Origin: Flammeovirgaceae bacterium
GTDB taxonomy: Bacteria; Bacteroidota; Bacteroidia; Cytophagales; MED-G16
Length of the DNA stretch: 44,437 nucleotides
Direction of reading: 5' to 3'
NCBI GenBank assembly: GCA_038113315.1
Contig: JAYNOQ010000004.1
Span: forward strand, 1-44,437
Position 1 is the stretch's first letter, and each line of letters opens with the position of its first letter. The notes under the pieces are model-generated. The model saw only the letters and a list, made by a program, of their open reading frames with translations, was not told the origin of the DNA and did no database searches. This document shows, one piece after another, positions 18,304 through 28,541 of this stretch. A program made the translations under genes and the position numbers.

Positions 18304-18675
18304 TTACTTGCTAAAAAAATATCCAATAATTGAACCTACAAAAGAGCCTATAAAGTTCATTAAAAGATCAACTGATTCATAACTCCTGTAAGGTATATAA
18401 ATTTGAATTACTTCTACTGATACACAAAAACCTATAAATGGTAGAATGATCTTTAAAATTGAAAAATTTAGGATTTTATTTTTAACGAGGTAAGCTTTTG
18501 TAACTAAATATGATTGAACAAAAAAAAGTATAAAATGAATAATTTTATCTGCATATTCATAAGATATATCATTAGCTTTTGATCTGTAAAAGACCATCAA
18601 ATAAACTATCAATAAAAACCAAAAAACTGAGAGAGAAGAATAAAAATAAAATTTTTTATTTTGTGATAGACTCAT
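18304..18675 (-). CDS. VanZ family membrane protein
   Basis: [20 protein letters not shown]...DLLMNFIG, four hydrophobic segments. Start at ATG 18675 or 18681, overlapping gcvH. Confidence 0.85.
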   Translation of the reverse strand: MSLSQNKKFYFYSSLSVFWFLLIVYLMVFYRSKANDISYEYADKIIHFILFFVQSYLVTKAYLVKNKILNFSILKIILPFIGFCVSVEVIQIYIPYRSYESVDLLMNFIGSFVGSIIGYFFSK

Positions 18676-19030
18676 ATCCATCTAAATCTAAAAGTTCTTC
18701 AAGTTGTGATTTATTATCCATTTTAATTTTAACCATCCAACCATCTCCATATGGATCGTTATTAACTAATTCTGGATCAGACTCAAGTTTTTCATTAACC
18801 TCTAATATTTCTCCTGATATAGGCATAAAAAGATCCGAAACTGTTTTTACAGCCTCAACTGTTCCAAATACATCTCCCATTGCAATATTTTCATTTAGAG
18901 TCTCAATTTCAACATAAACAATATCACCCAATTCACCTTGAGCAAAGTCCGTAATACCAACATAAGCTACGTCATCATCTACCCTAACCCACTCATGGTC
19001 TTTTGTATATTTTAGATTTTCTAAGTTCAT
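18656..19030 (-). CDS. gcvH: Glycine cleavage system H protein
   Basis: [23 protein letters not shown], lipoyl-lysine motif [18 protein letters not shown]. Confidence 0.98.
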   Translation of the reverse strand: MNLENLKYTKDHEWVRVDDDVAYVGITDFAQGELGDIVYVEIETLNENIAMGDVFGTVEAVKTVSDLFMPISGEILEVNEKLESDPELVNNDPYGDGWMVKIKMDNKSQLEELLDLDGYESITK

Positions 19031-19066
19031 GTGTCGAATATAATAAATGTTTTAAACTGAAAAAAG

Positions 19067-22000
19067 TTATTGATTCAAACTTAATCTCAGTCTTGCACCA
19101 AAAGATGATGAATATCTAGGGAATGAATTAGAAACTATTGGTTTATTAACAACTCTGTCATAATATAATATAAGATTTACTCTGTTATTGACAGTATAAT
19201 TGATATTTGGTCTTAATTGAAAATTATAGTTTCCATTAGTAACTGTGTTTTCCTTATCAATCTTTCTTTGTATAGCTTTTGTATTTCTTATAGTAAAATT
19301 TAATCTAAATTCTATCTCATTATCTAGTACGATTGTATTACCCATATATTTAAATGGTAATTTTAATTTTTCCTTCGAATAACCAAAATCGATAGAAAAA
19401 TCTGAGTTGATCATTTCAGATACTTGAGCATTAGATAGATTTAGCATAATATTTCTATCTTTCTTATAATCAATTCTTGCATTTAAATTATTTTTTGTTC
19501 TAACATTTACACCTATAAGTGGAGAAAACCTTTCAGTTATTCTAACTTGATTTATAATATAAAATGGCACAAAACCATTTTCTGTTTGTTGAGATGCCAA
19601 TGGGTAATTCATAATTGAATTATTAAAATCTAGGTTATCAATGTAGAGAAGAGAGTTAGAAAATTCACCAATTGAGTATACACTTTGATACCCATGAGAT
19701 ATTGTTATATTAGAAAATATTTCACCTAAAGATTCAAGTTTACTTAATCCAGAAAAATCTATTCGCCAATTGGGAATTGGAATCTTAGGAAAAGGTTTTA
19801 AAGAAAAACTTGATGGATCAGAATCTGAATAAGCAGAAATGAAAGCTGGAATTAGAACATCTTGAGAGTTTAACCCATATTCCCCTTGAGTATTTAAATT
19901 ATTTAATCTGTCTCTTATAATTAATCTATTTTTTGAAAACTTCTCAAATGTTGGGGAGTTATTTAGTTTATCATCCTTTATAAATGCAGTCTTTATTGCC
20001 AGAAACGACAGTGAAAAATTACCACCTCTAGAAGGAGTAAGAGATACATACGAATTTTTTTGTGAATCAAATCTAAAAGTCTCTTGAAAATTTTCAGTTA
20101 CAATCCTTTTTGCATCAAGTTGAATTCTGAAAGAATTTAATGGTTGAATAGTACTTCTAAACTGAAAGTTGTTACTTCTAGATTGGATAAATGGATTATT
20201 TAAGTAATCATTCTTAACTAACCATCCATTTTGTGCAGCTACTCTTCTTATCTCTGAATCTTGAGATCCAAATACGAAATCCCATCCAGGTGAATTATAA
20301 AAATTATTATTTCCAAATAATCCGGGAGACCCAATTACACCAGCCATACCAGTTCTTTCCGTTACATTATAAGTAAGGTTAATTGATCTTAATGACATTA
20401 CTAATTTCATTAGTCCATCAAAAGTTTTAGATTGAAATAGGGATTTTATTGTATCTTTTTCTTTGTACTTTTTATTATAATTCTTAAGTATAGGAATTTT
20501 ATCATAAAATTTAGAAATATCTAATTTAGAATTCACAGAATATTCTCTAGTATTTTCAATTATATTACCAAGAGTATCAGCTTGCTGGAAAGAACCAGCA
20601 GACCATATATATCTTGATGAGTATTTTGCGTTAGAACTTACCCAATCTAGAAGAGGAATTTTATTTATTGGTACCTTATAATTTATCTGAAAATTTTGGT
20701 TAAAATTATTAGTCCTTCCAAGTTTTTTTAAATTGAAATACATACTATCAAGCTTTTCCTGAGTATCTAATTCACCATCTGGCTCGTCAATTATTGAGTT
20801 ATTCGTAACATTAAAATCAATATTCATACTATTAAATAAATCCCAACGTAAACTGTAAGATTTATTTAAAGAAAAATATTTTTCATAAATTGGATCTACT
20901 CCATCAATATTTAAATCTGAATTTCTATATTGTGTTTTATTGAACCTTCTATTTAAGTCCCCTCTTATATTTACATTTGATGGTAGCAAATTCAGATTGA
21001 AGTCCTTAATTAATTTAAAAATTTTATTATCAAAAAATTTAATATTATTGAATGGCTGAATATTAATTGGTTTAGGAGAAAAGTTATATGTGATATTACC
21101 CCTATGTTCTTTTGATTCCATTGATTGGGTTGTGACATTAGAACTAGCTCTCTCACTATAAGAAAAACCTGTAGAAAAGTTTTCAATATCCCAAAAGTCA
21201 ACTCTAGAATTTGGATTTGTTCTCTCCTTCCTTACATTATTTAAACTTATTGATTTTGATTCCATCCTTTCTTCAGTCAGTCTTTTATATTCTTCTCTTT
21301 GAGCTTTTGTATCGAAAGAATTAATTGAAGCAGACAATGGTATATCTTTATCTAAAGGATCATATTTTGGAGTAATAATTGATGTTGAAGATGATACATA
21401 TAAAGGCAATTTTATTCCTGATTTTGCTGGCAATAATTTATCTAGATTTATATTCGCTGAAGCATCATACTGTAATTTTTCATCTCTTGATCTTTCAGAA
21501 ATTCTTTGCTGAATAGAACCAAAACCCACTGAAGTATATCTAAGAGAAGATGACACTGTTCCTATATCAGACAACTTTAAATTTAAGCTTGTATTTGCAG
21601 CCCATCCCTTAGTTCTATCAAAATCTGTTAACCTAAGCTCATTAAACCATATGCATGCAGACTTTGATGATCTATCATCAGATAAAGGATTTTTAACACC
21701 TATCATAAAATTTAATATAGAGCCAACTGATGGACGACCCTTAATCCTTATTATGTACTTTCCATTAGATGAAATCTTTGAATATGGAGAATTAACATCA
21801 ATACCTTCTCTATTTCTTATTGATTTCAAAGATAATAATTCTTCAATAGATAAATTGATTTCATTTTCTTCTGGCCAAATTATTCTTGCAAGATTTGAGC
21901 TATTTTGATTTATTAATGATGGTTGAGTGACTCTTAATGGTAATTCAATCTCATAGTAATTATTCTCGTAATCAGAACCAAACCTCAAAAAAGCATTTAT

Positions 22001-25000
22001 TTCGTTATCGCTTAATATATCTCCATTATTTGGTTCTGCATGAATAAACATTTTGATTCTACCATAATTTATTAAATCAAAATTAGACTCCTTGAATATT
22101 GCTCTACCGTCTCCATCTGACAAGTCATCTACACAAATCTGAAGGGACTGCTCGTTAGTTCTTCTCTGTACTATAGTAGTATTATCAATGTCTCTTGGAA
22201 TTCCTGGAGGTACAACATATGGAGATTTATTCTCAGAACCGATACTATTCTCTTCTATACTAACAACAGAAATTTCAATATCAGAATCATCATTTTCAGA
22301 AACTTCATTTAATCCTGATTGAGAAATCGATTCTTCATATTTTCTCCACTGACTTCCAACTAATTGAAACTTAGCAAGTCTTAACACAACTGGCTCCTCC
22401 CATCCTGTTAAATAGGTTCTAATAAATCTTATAGTTTTATAATCTGAAATTGATCCATAGGTCCTAGTTGGAGTTCTAATAGGAATTCTAAATTGGTACC
22501 ATGTAGCATTCCCTGACTTATCAATTATTTTATCAACAATATTACTTTTACCGATATCTAAATCTCCAGGTTTAAGATCTATTTCATACTCAAAATAACT
22601 TTCAGTATCAGATAATGTATTATCTTCATTTAAATCTTCATTCTCAGGATAAGGAGATCCCTGTGAAGAAAAATTATTACTTGAACTAATAGGTGAATTA
22701 CCTTCCATACCATTTATATTTTTATATCTCTCAAGAATTTTTATATCTAGTTCATCATATTCATCATCTAAATAATACTTGAAATTATCAGCAGAAATAT
22801 CAGACTCAATTTTATTTTTACCCTCAGAGGTTAAATTAATTTTATCTAGAAAATTTTCTTTGAAGTAGTCAATCTCATCTTCATTCTTTAATCCATCAAG
22901 TCCTATATCTTGGTTAGACCTTACATTAATATTGTTCTCAAAAAAATTAGTTAAGTATTGTTTTGTGGTTACCCTACCCCACTCATTAAATTTAACTCCC
23001 TCGTTTGAATAGTCTTGAGATAAGCCATTTTCAAAAGCATGAAGATTGTCTTTCATTAAATCTTCTGAAACATTACCCAAATTAAAAATCAGTTTACCTC
23101 CGGTTGTATTATTTTTATTAAAAATACCATCTAGAACTTTTCCATTTTCACCATTAATAAATGGATCCATCATCCAAAATTCAATATACTGAACGTTTGT
23201 TCTATCAAAATCTGTATCATTTGATATACTTTTAGTTATTGCTCCATAATTTGATTTAGGATCTCTCAGAAGTCCAGAAGGTAGAAGATCTGTTGAATAA
23301 TTGTACTGACCCCTTTCATTTGGAAAATATGCAATATCAAAAACTGAAAGATTAGTATTAATTAGTTGCCTATCTTGCTTTCTAAATATATCCTGAGGTG
23401 ATATTGCTTTTATATAATTATTTTCAAGATCTTCCAATGAGATATTTTGTGGTTTTAAAGAGCCCCCATTTAGGTAAAAAATATTATCAATATTATACCA
23501 TGCGATTTTTGCTCTTTTAAAAGAGTAACCTAAATTATTTGAAGTACTGCTACTCTTGTCAAATAAATTATTTTTAGTTGCAGGAGTTGAACCTAACTTC
23601 CATGAAATTGTATTACCTCCTAATGATATAGGTATTACCGCACTTTCAAAATCATCTATATATGTAACACCTTCACCATTAATAATATTTGAAGTTCCCG
23701 GAACAATTTGTGCAAATTCACTGCTAAAATTTATATTTGATTTTTCTGTTGTTGCTAAAAAAGGAATAGTATTAATAATTTTTGTTAGAAATTCACTTTC
23801 CTTATTAATATTAAAATCAAATCCATATTTTGTATTTTTTAAAGGTTCATTTCCAACGCTGAATCTTGTGATACCTCCAGGTCTTTCATTTAAATGAAAA
23901 ACTGTAAAACCAAGATTAATATTTTCATCAAATTTATATTCTGCTCTTGCTCCAGATAACCACTTAGTTTGAAAGTTAAATAAATCTGCTTTTTCAAATG
24001 AAATTGTAATCTCTTGACCAGAAGATAAGATTGCAGGGTTAAGAATTCTTACACTTCCTAAATTATAATTAACTGTATAATCGGTACCTTCAACAAGTCT
24101 TAAATTACCAGCCATTACAACAACTGAATTTTCTGAAATATCTAGACCTGGAAGATTGATTTCATTTCCAGAACCAGAAGAAACACTCCCGACTATAAAA
24201 AATTTATTTTTTGAAAGTATTTGTTCAGCTTCATCTTGAGTTTTAGAGTATAATTCATTAAAAACATATTTCTCTGATAATTCAGTCTCATTATTTGTGG
24301 CAAAATAGGAATTTAATTTAGATCCAAATGGCTCTAGAACTGGAAAAATTATATTTCCTTTTTTGGAATTTATTGTAAGACCTTCAATAAAATCAAAATT
24401 ACCATCAAACTGTGGATCATTAAATGAATTTAATCTGTCAAGGCCTAACAACCTAATAAGTGGTTTATCTCTTGTTAAAGTTCCTTCATTCAAACTTGGA
24501 TTATTAAAGCCAACAGCATCATCTCTATAATTTATCCTCAATTCAAAATTTTCCTTTTCAATTTGGGTAGCATTTAAATTATATATGTTTTTCATCATTA
24601 AGTCCCATGTTGGAATTTGAGTATTGATATTAGATGGTCTGATCAACTTTAAAAATATTATTTCATTATCCTCTCTATTTTGATAGTCCTCTGTCAATTC
24701 ACCTACCTTATATCTATTACCATTAAATGTATACTCATATGATACAGCTAATACCTCATCATTTTGTAATCTTCTTAATAGGGATATATAACCCAGCGAT
24801 TTATTTATTTCATATTCGTCAACATCTAATTTCCTTGCTGATGTAACTTTTTCAAAATCAATCGTTTTGGTTAGATTAAATTTATTGGTCAAGATATCAT
24901 CAACAAAATTTACATCTCTTAAATTGTTATTATCAATAATTGACTCAAAGAGCTGATTTGATTTATTATCATTAGGACCAATAACTCCTGGACCAATAAA

Positions 25001-26125
25001 AGGATTAGTCTCATTTAAAATTATTTCTCCCTCACCTAAATCTGTAAATCCAACAAAATTTCGTAAAGATTCTGAGTTGTTTGTCCTATTTAAAATGTAA
25101 ACTTCAACTCTATTTATATTAATCCCAGAACTTACAAGAGGTAGAGATTTCAACCAACTCTCATAATTATTTCTAAAAAAATGTCCTATAAAAAAATGTC
25201 TGTTTCTATCATAATTTGATCCTAATATTTCAAATTCTCTACCTTGGAATCCATTATCAATTTTTATTGATTCGCTTTTGCCTTGTTGTCTTGATAGAAT
25301 ACCAGTAATGCTAAGATTTCCAAACTGAAGCTGAGTCTTTAATCCAAATAAACTTTGAGCACCTCTTAATAGACTATTTTTGACTGGCATGCTTACATTC
25401 CCCACCTCTATCTTTCTGACTATTTCCTCATCAAAACCTGTATAATCTAATTTTAAATTATTTTGAAAATCAAAAGTATTATTATTATCAAAATTTGCAG
25501 AAATTTTTAATTTTTCACCAACCTTACCGTTTATATTTAAATTAATTTGTTGATCATAATTAAAACCTCCATTTCTCTGTTGTCTTATTGGAATAGATGG
25601 ATTTTCAATTTTCTGAAATTTTCCTCCAAAATCTAGATTCACAAAGCCATTTACTTGAAGATCAATGAAATTTCCACCAAATATCCTATCTAAAGATTCT
25701 GAAATATAAATCTTAGGAATAAGCCTACCACTTTCTAACGTATTTTCTCCATCTAAACTGAGTGATTTTTTTTTAAAATACTCTTTTATCTCTTTGTTAG
25801 TATTATAACTATCATAGCTATCAAAAGGAATTGAAATTGAAGGTCTAAAATTAAGCTCACCTATTTTCTCATTTATATAAAATACTCTTGCTGTATCATA
25901 GGAAGCTCCTATTTTTAAAAGTGAAGAATTAAGATCAAATGGATTGTTAGAAAATAAACTTGAATAAGGATCTGAGTATCTATCCTTTATTGAGTATGTA
26001 GAAAAAAAACTAGGAGTATATTTAATAGTTGAATCTTCTTTCAAATCAATTGATTGAGATGAAAGTGGAATATATTTTAGATTTAATAAAACTAAAATAC
26101 AAAAAACTTTAAAATATTGATTCAA
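19067..26125 (-). CDS. sprA: T9SS outer-membrane translocon SprA (Sov)
   Basis: 2352 aa; FNYDQQI...GKVGEKL, GAQSLFGLKTQLQFG, YIDDFE, YIEFWMMDPF, FNLGNVSED, WYQFRIP, WFNELRL, QDVLIPAF, PNWRI, ERFSPLIG. ruvA-sprA-gcvH order as in other Bacteroidota. TTG start. Confidence 0.97.
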   Translation of the reverse strand: MNQYFKVFCILVLLNLKYIPLSSQSIDLKEDSTIKYTPSFFSTYSIKDRYSDPYSSLFSNNPFDLNSSLLKIGASYDTARVFYINEKIGELNFRPSISIPFDSYDSYNTNKEIKEYFKKKSLSLDGENTLESGRLIPKIYISESLDRIFGGNFIDLQVNGFVNLDFGGKFQKIENPSIPIRQQRNGGFNYDQQINLNINGKVGEKLKISANFDNNNTFDFQNNLKLDYTGFDEEIVRKIEVGNVSMPVKNSLLRGAQSLFGLKTQLQFGNLSITGILSRQQGKSESIKIDNGFQGREFEILGSNYDRNRHFFIGHFFRNNYESWLKSLPLVSSGININRVEVYILNRTNNSESLRNFVGFTDLGEGEIILNETNPFIGPGVIGPNDNKSNQLFESIIDNNNLRDVNFVDDILTNKFNLTKTIDFEKVTSARKLDVDEYEINKSLGYISLLRRLQNDEVLAVSYEYTFNGNRYKVGELTEDYQNREDNEIIFLKLIRPSNINTQIPTWDLMMKNIYNLNATQIEKENFELRINYRDDAVGFNNPSLNEGTLTRDKPLIRLLGLDRLNSFNDPQFDGNFDFIEGLTINSKKGNIIFPVLEPFGSKLNSYFATNNETELSEKYVFNELYSKTQDEAEQILSKNKFFIVGSVSSGSGNEINLPGLDISENSVVVMAGNLRLVEGTDYTVNYNLGSVRILNPAILSSGQEITISFEKADLFNFQTKWLSGARAEYKFDENINLGFTVFHLNERPGGITRFSVGNEPLKNTKYGFDFNINKESEFLTKIINTIPFLATTEKSNINFSSEFAQIVPGTSNIINGEGVTYIDDFESAVIPISLGGNTISWKLGSTPATKNNLFDKSSSTSNNLGYSFKRAKIAWYNIDNIFYLNGGSLKPQNISLEDLENNYIKAISPQDIFRKQDRQLINTNLSVFDIAYFPNERGQYNYSTDLLPSGLLRDPKSNYGAITKSISNDTDFDRTNVQYIEFWMMDPFINGENGKVLDGIFNKNNTTGGKLIFNLGNVSEDLMKDNLHAFENGLSQDYSNEGVKFNEWGRVTTKQYLTNFFENNINVRSNQDIGLDGLKNEDEIDYFKENFLDKINLTSEGKNKIESDISADNFKYYLDDEYDELDIKILERYKNINGMEGNSPISSSNNFSSQGSPYPENEDLNEDNTLSDTESYFEYEIDLKPGDLDIGKSNIVDKIIDKSGNATWYQFRIPIRTPTRTYGSISDYKTIRFIRTYLTGWEEPVVLRLAKFQLVGSQWRKYEESISQSGLNEVSENDDSDIEISVVSIEENSIGSENKSPYVVPPGIPRDIDNTTIVQRRTNEQSLQICVDDLSDGDGRAIFKESNFDLINYGRIKMFIHAEPNNGDILSDNEINAFLRFGSDYENNYYEIELPLRVTQPSLINQNSSNLARIIWPEENEINLSIEELLSLKSIRNREGIDVNSPYSKISSNGKYIIRIKGRPSVGSILNFMIGVKNPLSDDRSSKSACIWFNELRLTDFDRTKGWAANTSLNLKLSDIGTVSSSLRYTSVGFGSIQQRISERSRDEKLQYDASANINLDKLLPAKSGIKLPLYVSSSTSIITPKYDPLDKDIPLSASINSFDTKAQREEYKRLTEERMESKSISLNNVRKERTNPNSRVDFWDIENFSTGFSYSERASSNVTTQSMESKEHRGNITYNFSPKPINIQPFNNIKFFDNKIFKLIKDFNLNLLPSNVNIRGDLNRRFNKTQYRNSDLNIDGVDPIYEKYFSLNKSYSLRWDLFNSMNIDFNVTNNSIIDEPDGELDTQEKLDSMYFNLKKLGRTNNFNQNFQINYKVPINKIPLLDWVSSNAKYSSRYIWSAGSFQQADTLGNIIENTREYSVNSKLDISKFYDKIPILKNYNKKYKEKDTIKSLFQSKTFDGLMKLVMSLRSINLTYNVTERTGMAGVIGSPGLFGNNNFYNSPGWDFVFGSQDSEIRRVAAQNGWLVKNDYLNNPFIQSRSNNFQFRSTIQPLNSFRIQLDAKRIVTENFQETFRFDSQKNSYVSLTPSRGGNFSLSFLAIKTAFIKDDKLNNSPTFEKFSKNRLIIRDRLNNLNTQGEYGLNSQDVLIPAFISAYSDSDPSSFSLKPFPKIPIPNWRIDFSGLSKLESLGEIFSNITISHGYQSVYSIGEFSNSLLYIDNLDFNNSIMNYPLASQQTENGFVPFYIINQVRITERFSPLIGVNVRTKNNLNARIDYKKDRNIMLNLSNAQVSEMINSDFSIDFGYSKEKLKLPFKYMGNTIVLDNEIEFRLNFTIRNTKAIQRKIDKENTVTNGNYNFQLRPNINYTVNNRVNLILYYDRVVNKPIVSNSFPRYSSSFGARLRLSLNQ

Positions 26126-26142
26126 AGTATTTCTTTTAGATA

Positions 26143-26727
26143 TTAAGATCTCTTCAGTACCTCTTTGATCAAATCTTCAAGAGAAATATCATTATTCCTC
26201 TCTAAAATATCATTAATATGTTTTTCAACAATATTTTTAGAAATACCTAAAGAAGATAAAGCTGATAACGCCTCATCTTTAATAGTATTGTCAATATTGT
26301 CATAAAATTTATCATGATCAATATCGTCAAATGAAACTTTATCTTTTAATTCTAAAATTATTCTTTCAGCGGTCTTTAGGCCAATTCCTTTTACTGATTT
26401 TATTTTATTCGTATCAGAACTTAATATTGCTTTTTTCAGTTCATTAGCTGATAGAGATGATAATATCATAATTGCAGTACTAGGACCAACACCATTTATT
26501 GATAAAAGACTTAGAAATGTATTTCTTTCACTCTCACTATTAAATCCAAAAAGAGTATGAGAATCTTCTTTTACATTTAGATATGTATAAATAAATATAT
26601 CTTTTTGATCTTTTAATTTTGAATAAGTTCTTAGAGAAATATTAACATCATATCCAATTCCATTAACCTCAATAATTATTTTTGCTGGATCAATATGAAT
26701 TTTTTTACCTCTTAAGAAAGAAATCAT
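26143..26727 (-). CDS. ruvA: Holliday junction branch migration protein RuvA
   Basis: MISFLRG, VNGIGY, EDSHTLFGF, LLSINGVGP, VKGIGLKTAERIILELKDK. Confidence 0.97.
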   Translation of the reverse strand: MISFLRGKKIHIDPAKIIIEVNGIGYDVNISLRTYSKLKDQKDIFIYTYLNVKEDSHTLFGFNSESERNTFLSLLSINGVGPSTAIMILSSLSANELKKAILSSDTNKIKSVKGIGLKTAERIILELKDKVSFDDIDHDKFYDNIDNTIKDEALSALSSLGISKNIVEKHINDILERNNDISLEDLIKEVLKRS

Positions 26728-27833
26728 AATTCAAATGTCATTAATATCGAAGATATTTCTTGCATCAACCCTCTTTTTTTTAGTCCAGGTGCATAAACGT
26801 ACCCTTCTAAGTAATAGATTCTTTTTAACTTAGAATCATAAATTATTTTACTAAAAAAAGGACCTCCCGCAGAAATATCACTTAGTTTCCAAAGTCCCCT
26901 AGATTCAATAGCTAGGTTTCCTTTAAAATTAACTTTACTCGACTGAATAGGAAACACATCTTGAATATCCATAAATATATCAGGTTTTTCAAAATCTCTT
27001 AAATATTTCTTTGAAATGTAATTTCTTATAGGTTTTATATTAATATCTTCAGAATTAAATACCTCATAAAAATTTTTTAATTCGCTGTTGGAATAATCTT
27101 CATAGTAAAGGAATATATTTTTTTCATATTCCAAATCAAGCTGTCTTAACCAAAAAAAGTTAGAATTTTCTTCATTAATATTTTTTGCTAAATCATAACC
27201 ATAAGGAATTTTAATTTTAATATTATGATCCAATGAAATTTTATCAATTAATTTTTTTTCAACTTTTCTAAAAATTTCATTATCAACTCTTTTTTTTAAT
27301 TCATCATCAAAAAATTTTAAAATAGAATTTCTATTTTTTTTAATCTTTGTGTAAAGATCAAAATCATTTTTACCAAAAAGATATAATATTGCCTGACCTT
27401 TAGCGTATTGGTTTCTTCTTACAAAAGAAAAAAGTGATGAATCATTTTCAATTTTAATTAAAGATTCTGAATTAAAATTTCTCCTTAAAATATCTGAGTC
27501 TAAACTTTTTCCTTCTAAAGAAAATGCAATCACTATATTTTTTGCATGTTTTAATATACTATTAAATTTCCTTGGCTTAATATACCTAAGGTCATATTTA
27601 GGTTCAGGTTGGGGTAGTCCTGAAATATAAGAAGAATAAATATTTACTAATTCTCTTCCTATTTCACCCTTAAATTTAGTAGAATCCATAACGATTAACA
27701 TTTCGTTATTTTCTCCAGAGGCATTTGGGAGAAATGACGGATTACTAATCCCTGATTTTGGTTTATCATCACATGAGTATATTAGGATGAATATTAAAAT
27801 TAAAAATGAAATAAACTTTATTCTACCAAGCAT
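26724..27833 (-). CDS. DUF4837 family lipoprotein
   Basis: Lipobox IYSC; LPNASG...EMLIVMD, GLPQPEP, YAKGQ, ESRGLW...AGGPF, EGYVYAPGLKKR. Confidence 0.8.
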   Translation of the reverse strand: MLGRIKFISFLILIFILIYSCDDKPKSGISNPSFLPNASGENNEMLIVMDSTKFKGEIGRELVNIYSSYISGLPQPEPKYDLRYIKPRKFNSILKHAKNIVIAFSLEGKSLDSDILRRNFNSESLIKIENDSSLFSFVRRNQYAKGQAILYLFGKNDFDLYTKIKKNRNSILKFFDDELKKRVDNEIFRKVEKKLIDKISLDHNIKIKIPYGYDLAKNINEENSNFFWLRQLDLEYEKNIFLYYEDYSNSELKNFYEVFNSEDINIKPIRNYISKKYLRDFEKPDIFMDIQDVFPIQSSKVNFKGNLAIESRGLWKLSDISAGGPFFSKIIYDSKLKRIYYLEGYVYAPGLKKRGLMQEISSILMTFEL

Positions 27834-27836
27834 TAT

Positions 27837-27856
27837 TTAATATTTATAAATATTAA
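27837..27856. repeat. Perfect 20-bp AT palindrome in a divergent intergenic region
   Basis: TTAATATTTATAAATATTAA, between the DUF4837 start (27833, -) and the TerB-like start (27886, +). Confidence 0.7.
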
Positions 27857-27885
27857 TATTATTTTTAAAAAAAAATCTAAATAAT

Positions 27886-28299
27886 ATGAGTAACGAAACT
27901 TTAAACATAGCTATTACATCATGTTTTGCTAAGATAGCAAGAGTTGACGGAAGTATTGGTAATGAAGAAATGGATATTATAAACTCAAGCGAAATATTAA
28001 AAAAATATAAACACGGAAATATTGAAAATATTGAAACAAAAAATTTCTTTAATAAAATTCAGTCTGAGTACGGTGATAGTATCAAAAATAATTTAGATGA
28101 TAATGAGAAAGAGGTATTCATTGGAGAACTAGTAAGCTTAATTAAAGCTGATAATAAAGTTCATGATCACGAATTCTTTCTTTTAGGGCATGTTGCAAAC
28201 AGTATAGGTTATAGTCCTGAAAAAGTAGCAGAAATTATAAAAAATAGAGGTATTTCTGGCAGCAAGTCGTCTGGCTGGTTTTCTTGGTTATTTAGATAA
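27886..28299 (+). CDS. TerB-like (tellurite resistance/DjlA-N fold) protein
   Basis: Two TerB-type repeats, IARVDGSIGNEE and LIKADNKVHDHE...VANSIG; C-terminal GWFSWLFR. Confidence 0.75.
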   Translation: MSNETLNIAITSCFAKIARVDGSIGNEEMDIINSSEILKKYKHGNIENIETKNFFNKIQSEYGDSIKNNLDDNEKEVFIGELVSLIKADNKVHDHEFFLLGHVANSIGYSPEKVAEIIKNRGISGSKSSGWFSWLFR

Positions 28300-28307
28300 A
28301 TAAATAA

Positions 28308-28511
28308 TTATTTTTTATCGGAGTCGGAATTAGATTCCTTTTCAATTTCTTTTTTAATTTCTCTAGAAGCATCTTTAAATTCCCTAATTCCCTTACCAAA
28401 ACCTCGAAAGATCTCAGGTATTTTATTAGCTCCAAAGAAGATAACAACAATAAGGCCAATTATTATCCATTCCCAACCGCCTGGCATTCCTATAGCAAAA
28501 ATTAAATCCAT
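28308..28511 (-). CDS. tatA: Twin-arginine translocase TatA/E subunit
   Basis: GGWEWIII...FFGANKIPEIFRGFGKGIREFKDA. Confidence 0.96.
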   Translation of the reverse strand: MDLIFAIGMPGGWEWIIIGLIVVIFFGANKIPEIFRGFGKGIREFKDASREIKKEIEKESNSDSDKK

Positions 28512-28541
28512 AACTTAAATTTATTTGTAAATATAGCAAAA

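Noticed and set aside
3925-25774. A/T homopolymers of 8-9 nt in coding regions (e.g. rlmB about 3925-3933, sprA 25766-25774) as phase-variation switches
   Set aside because: Expected in such AT-rich DNA with many Lys codons, and all reading frames are intact.
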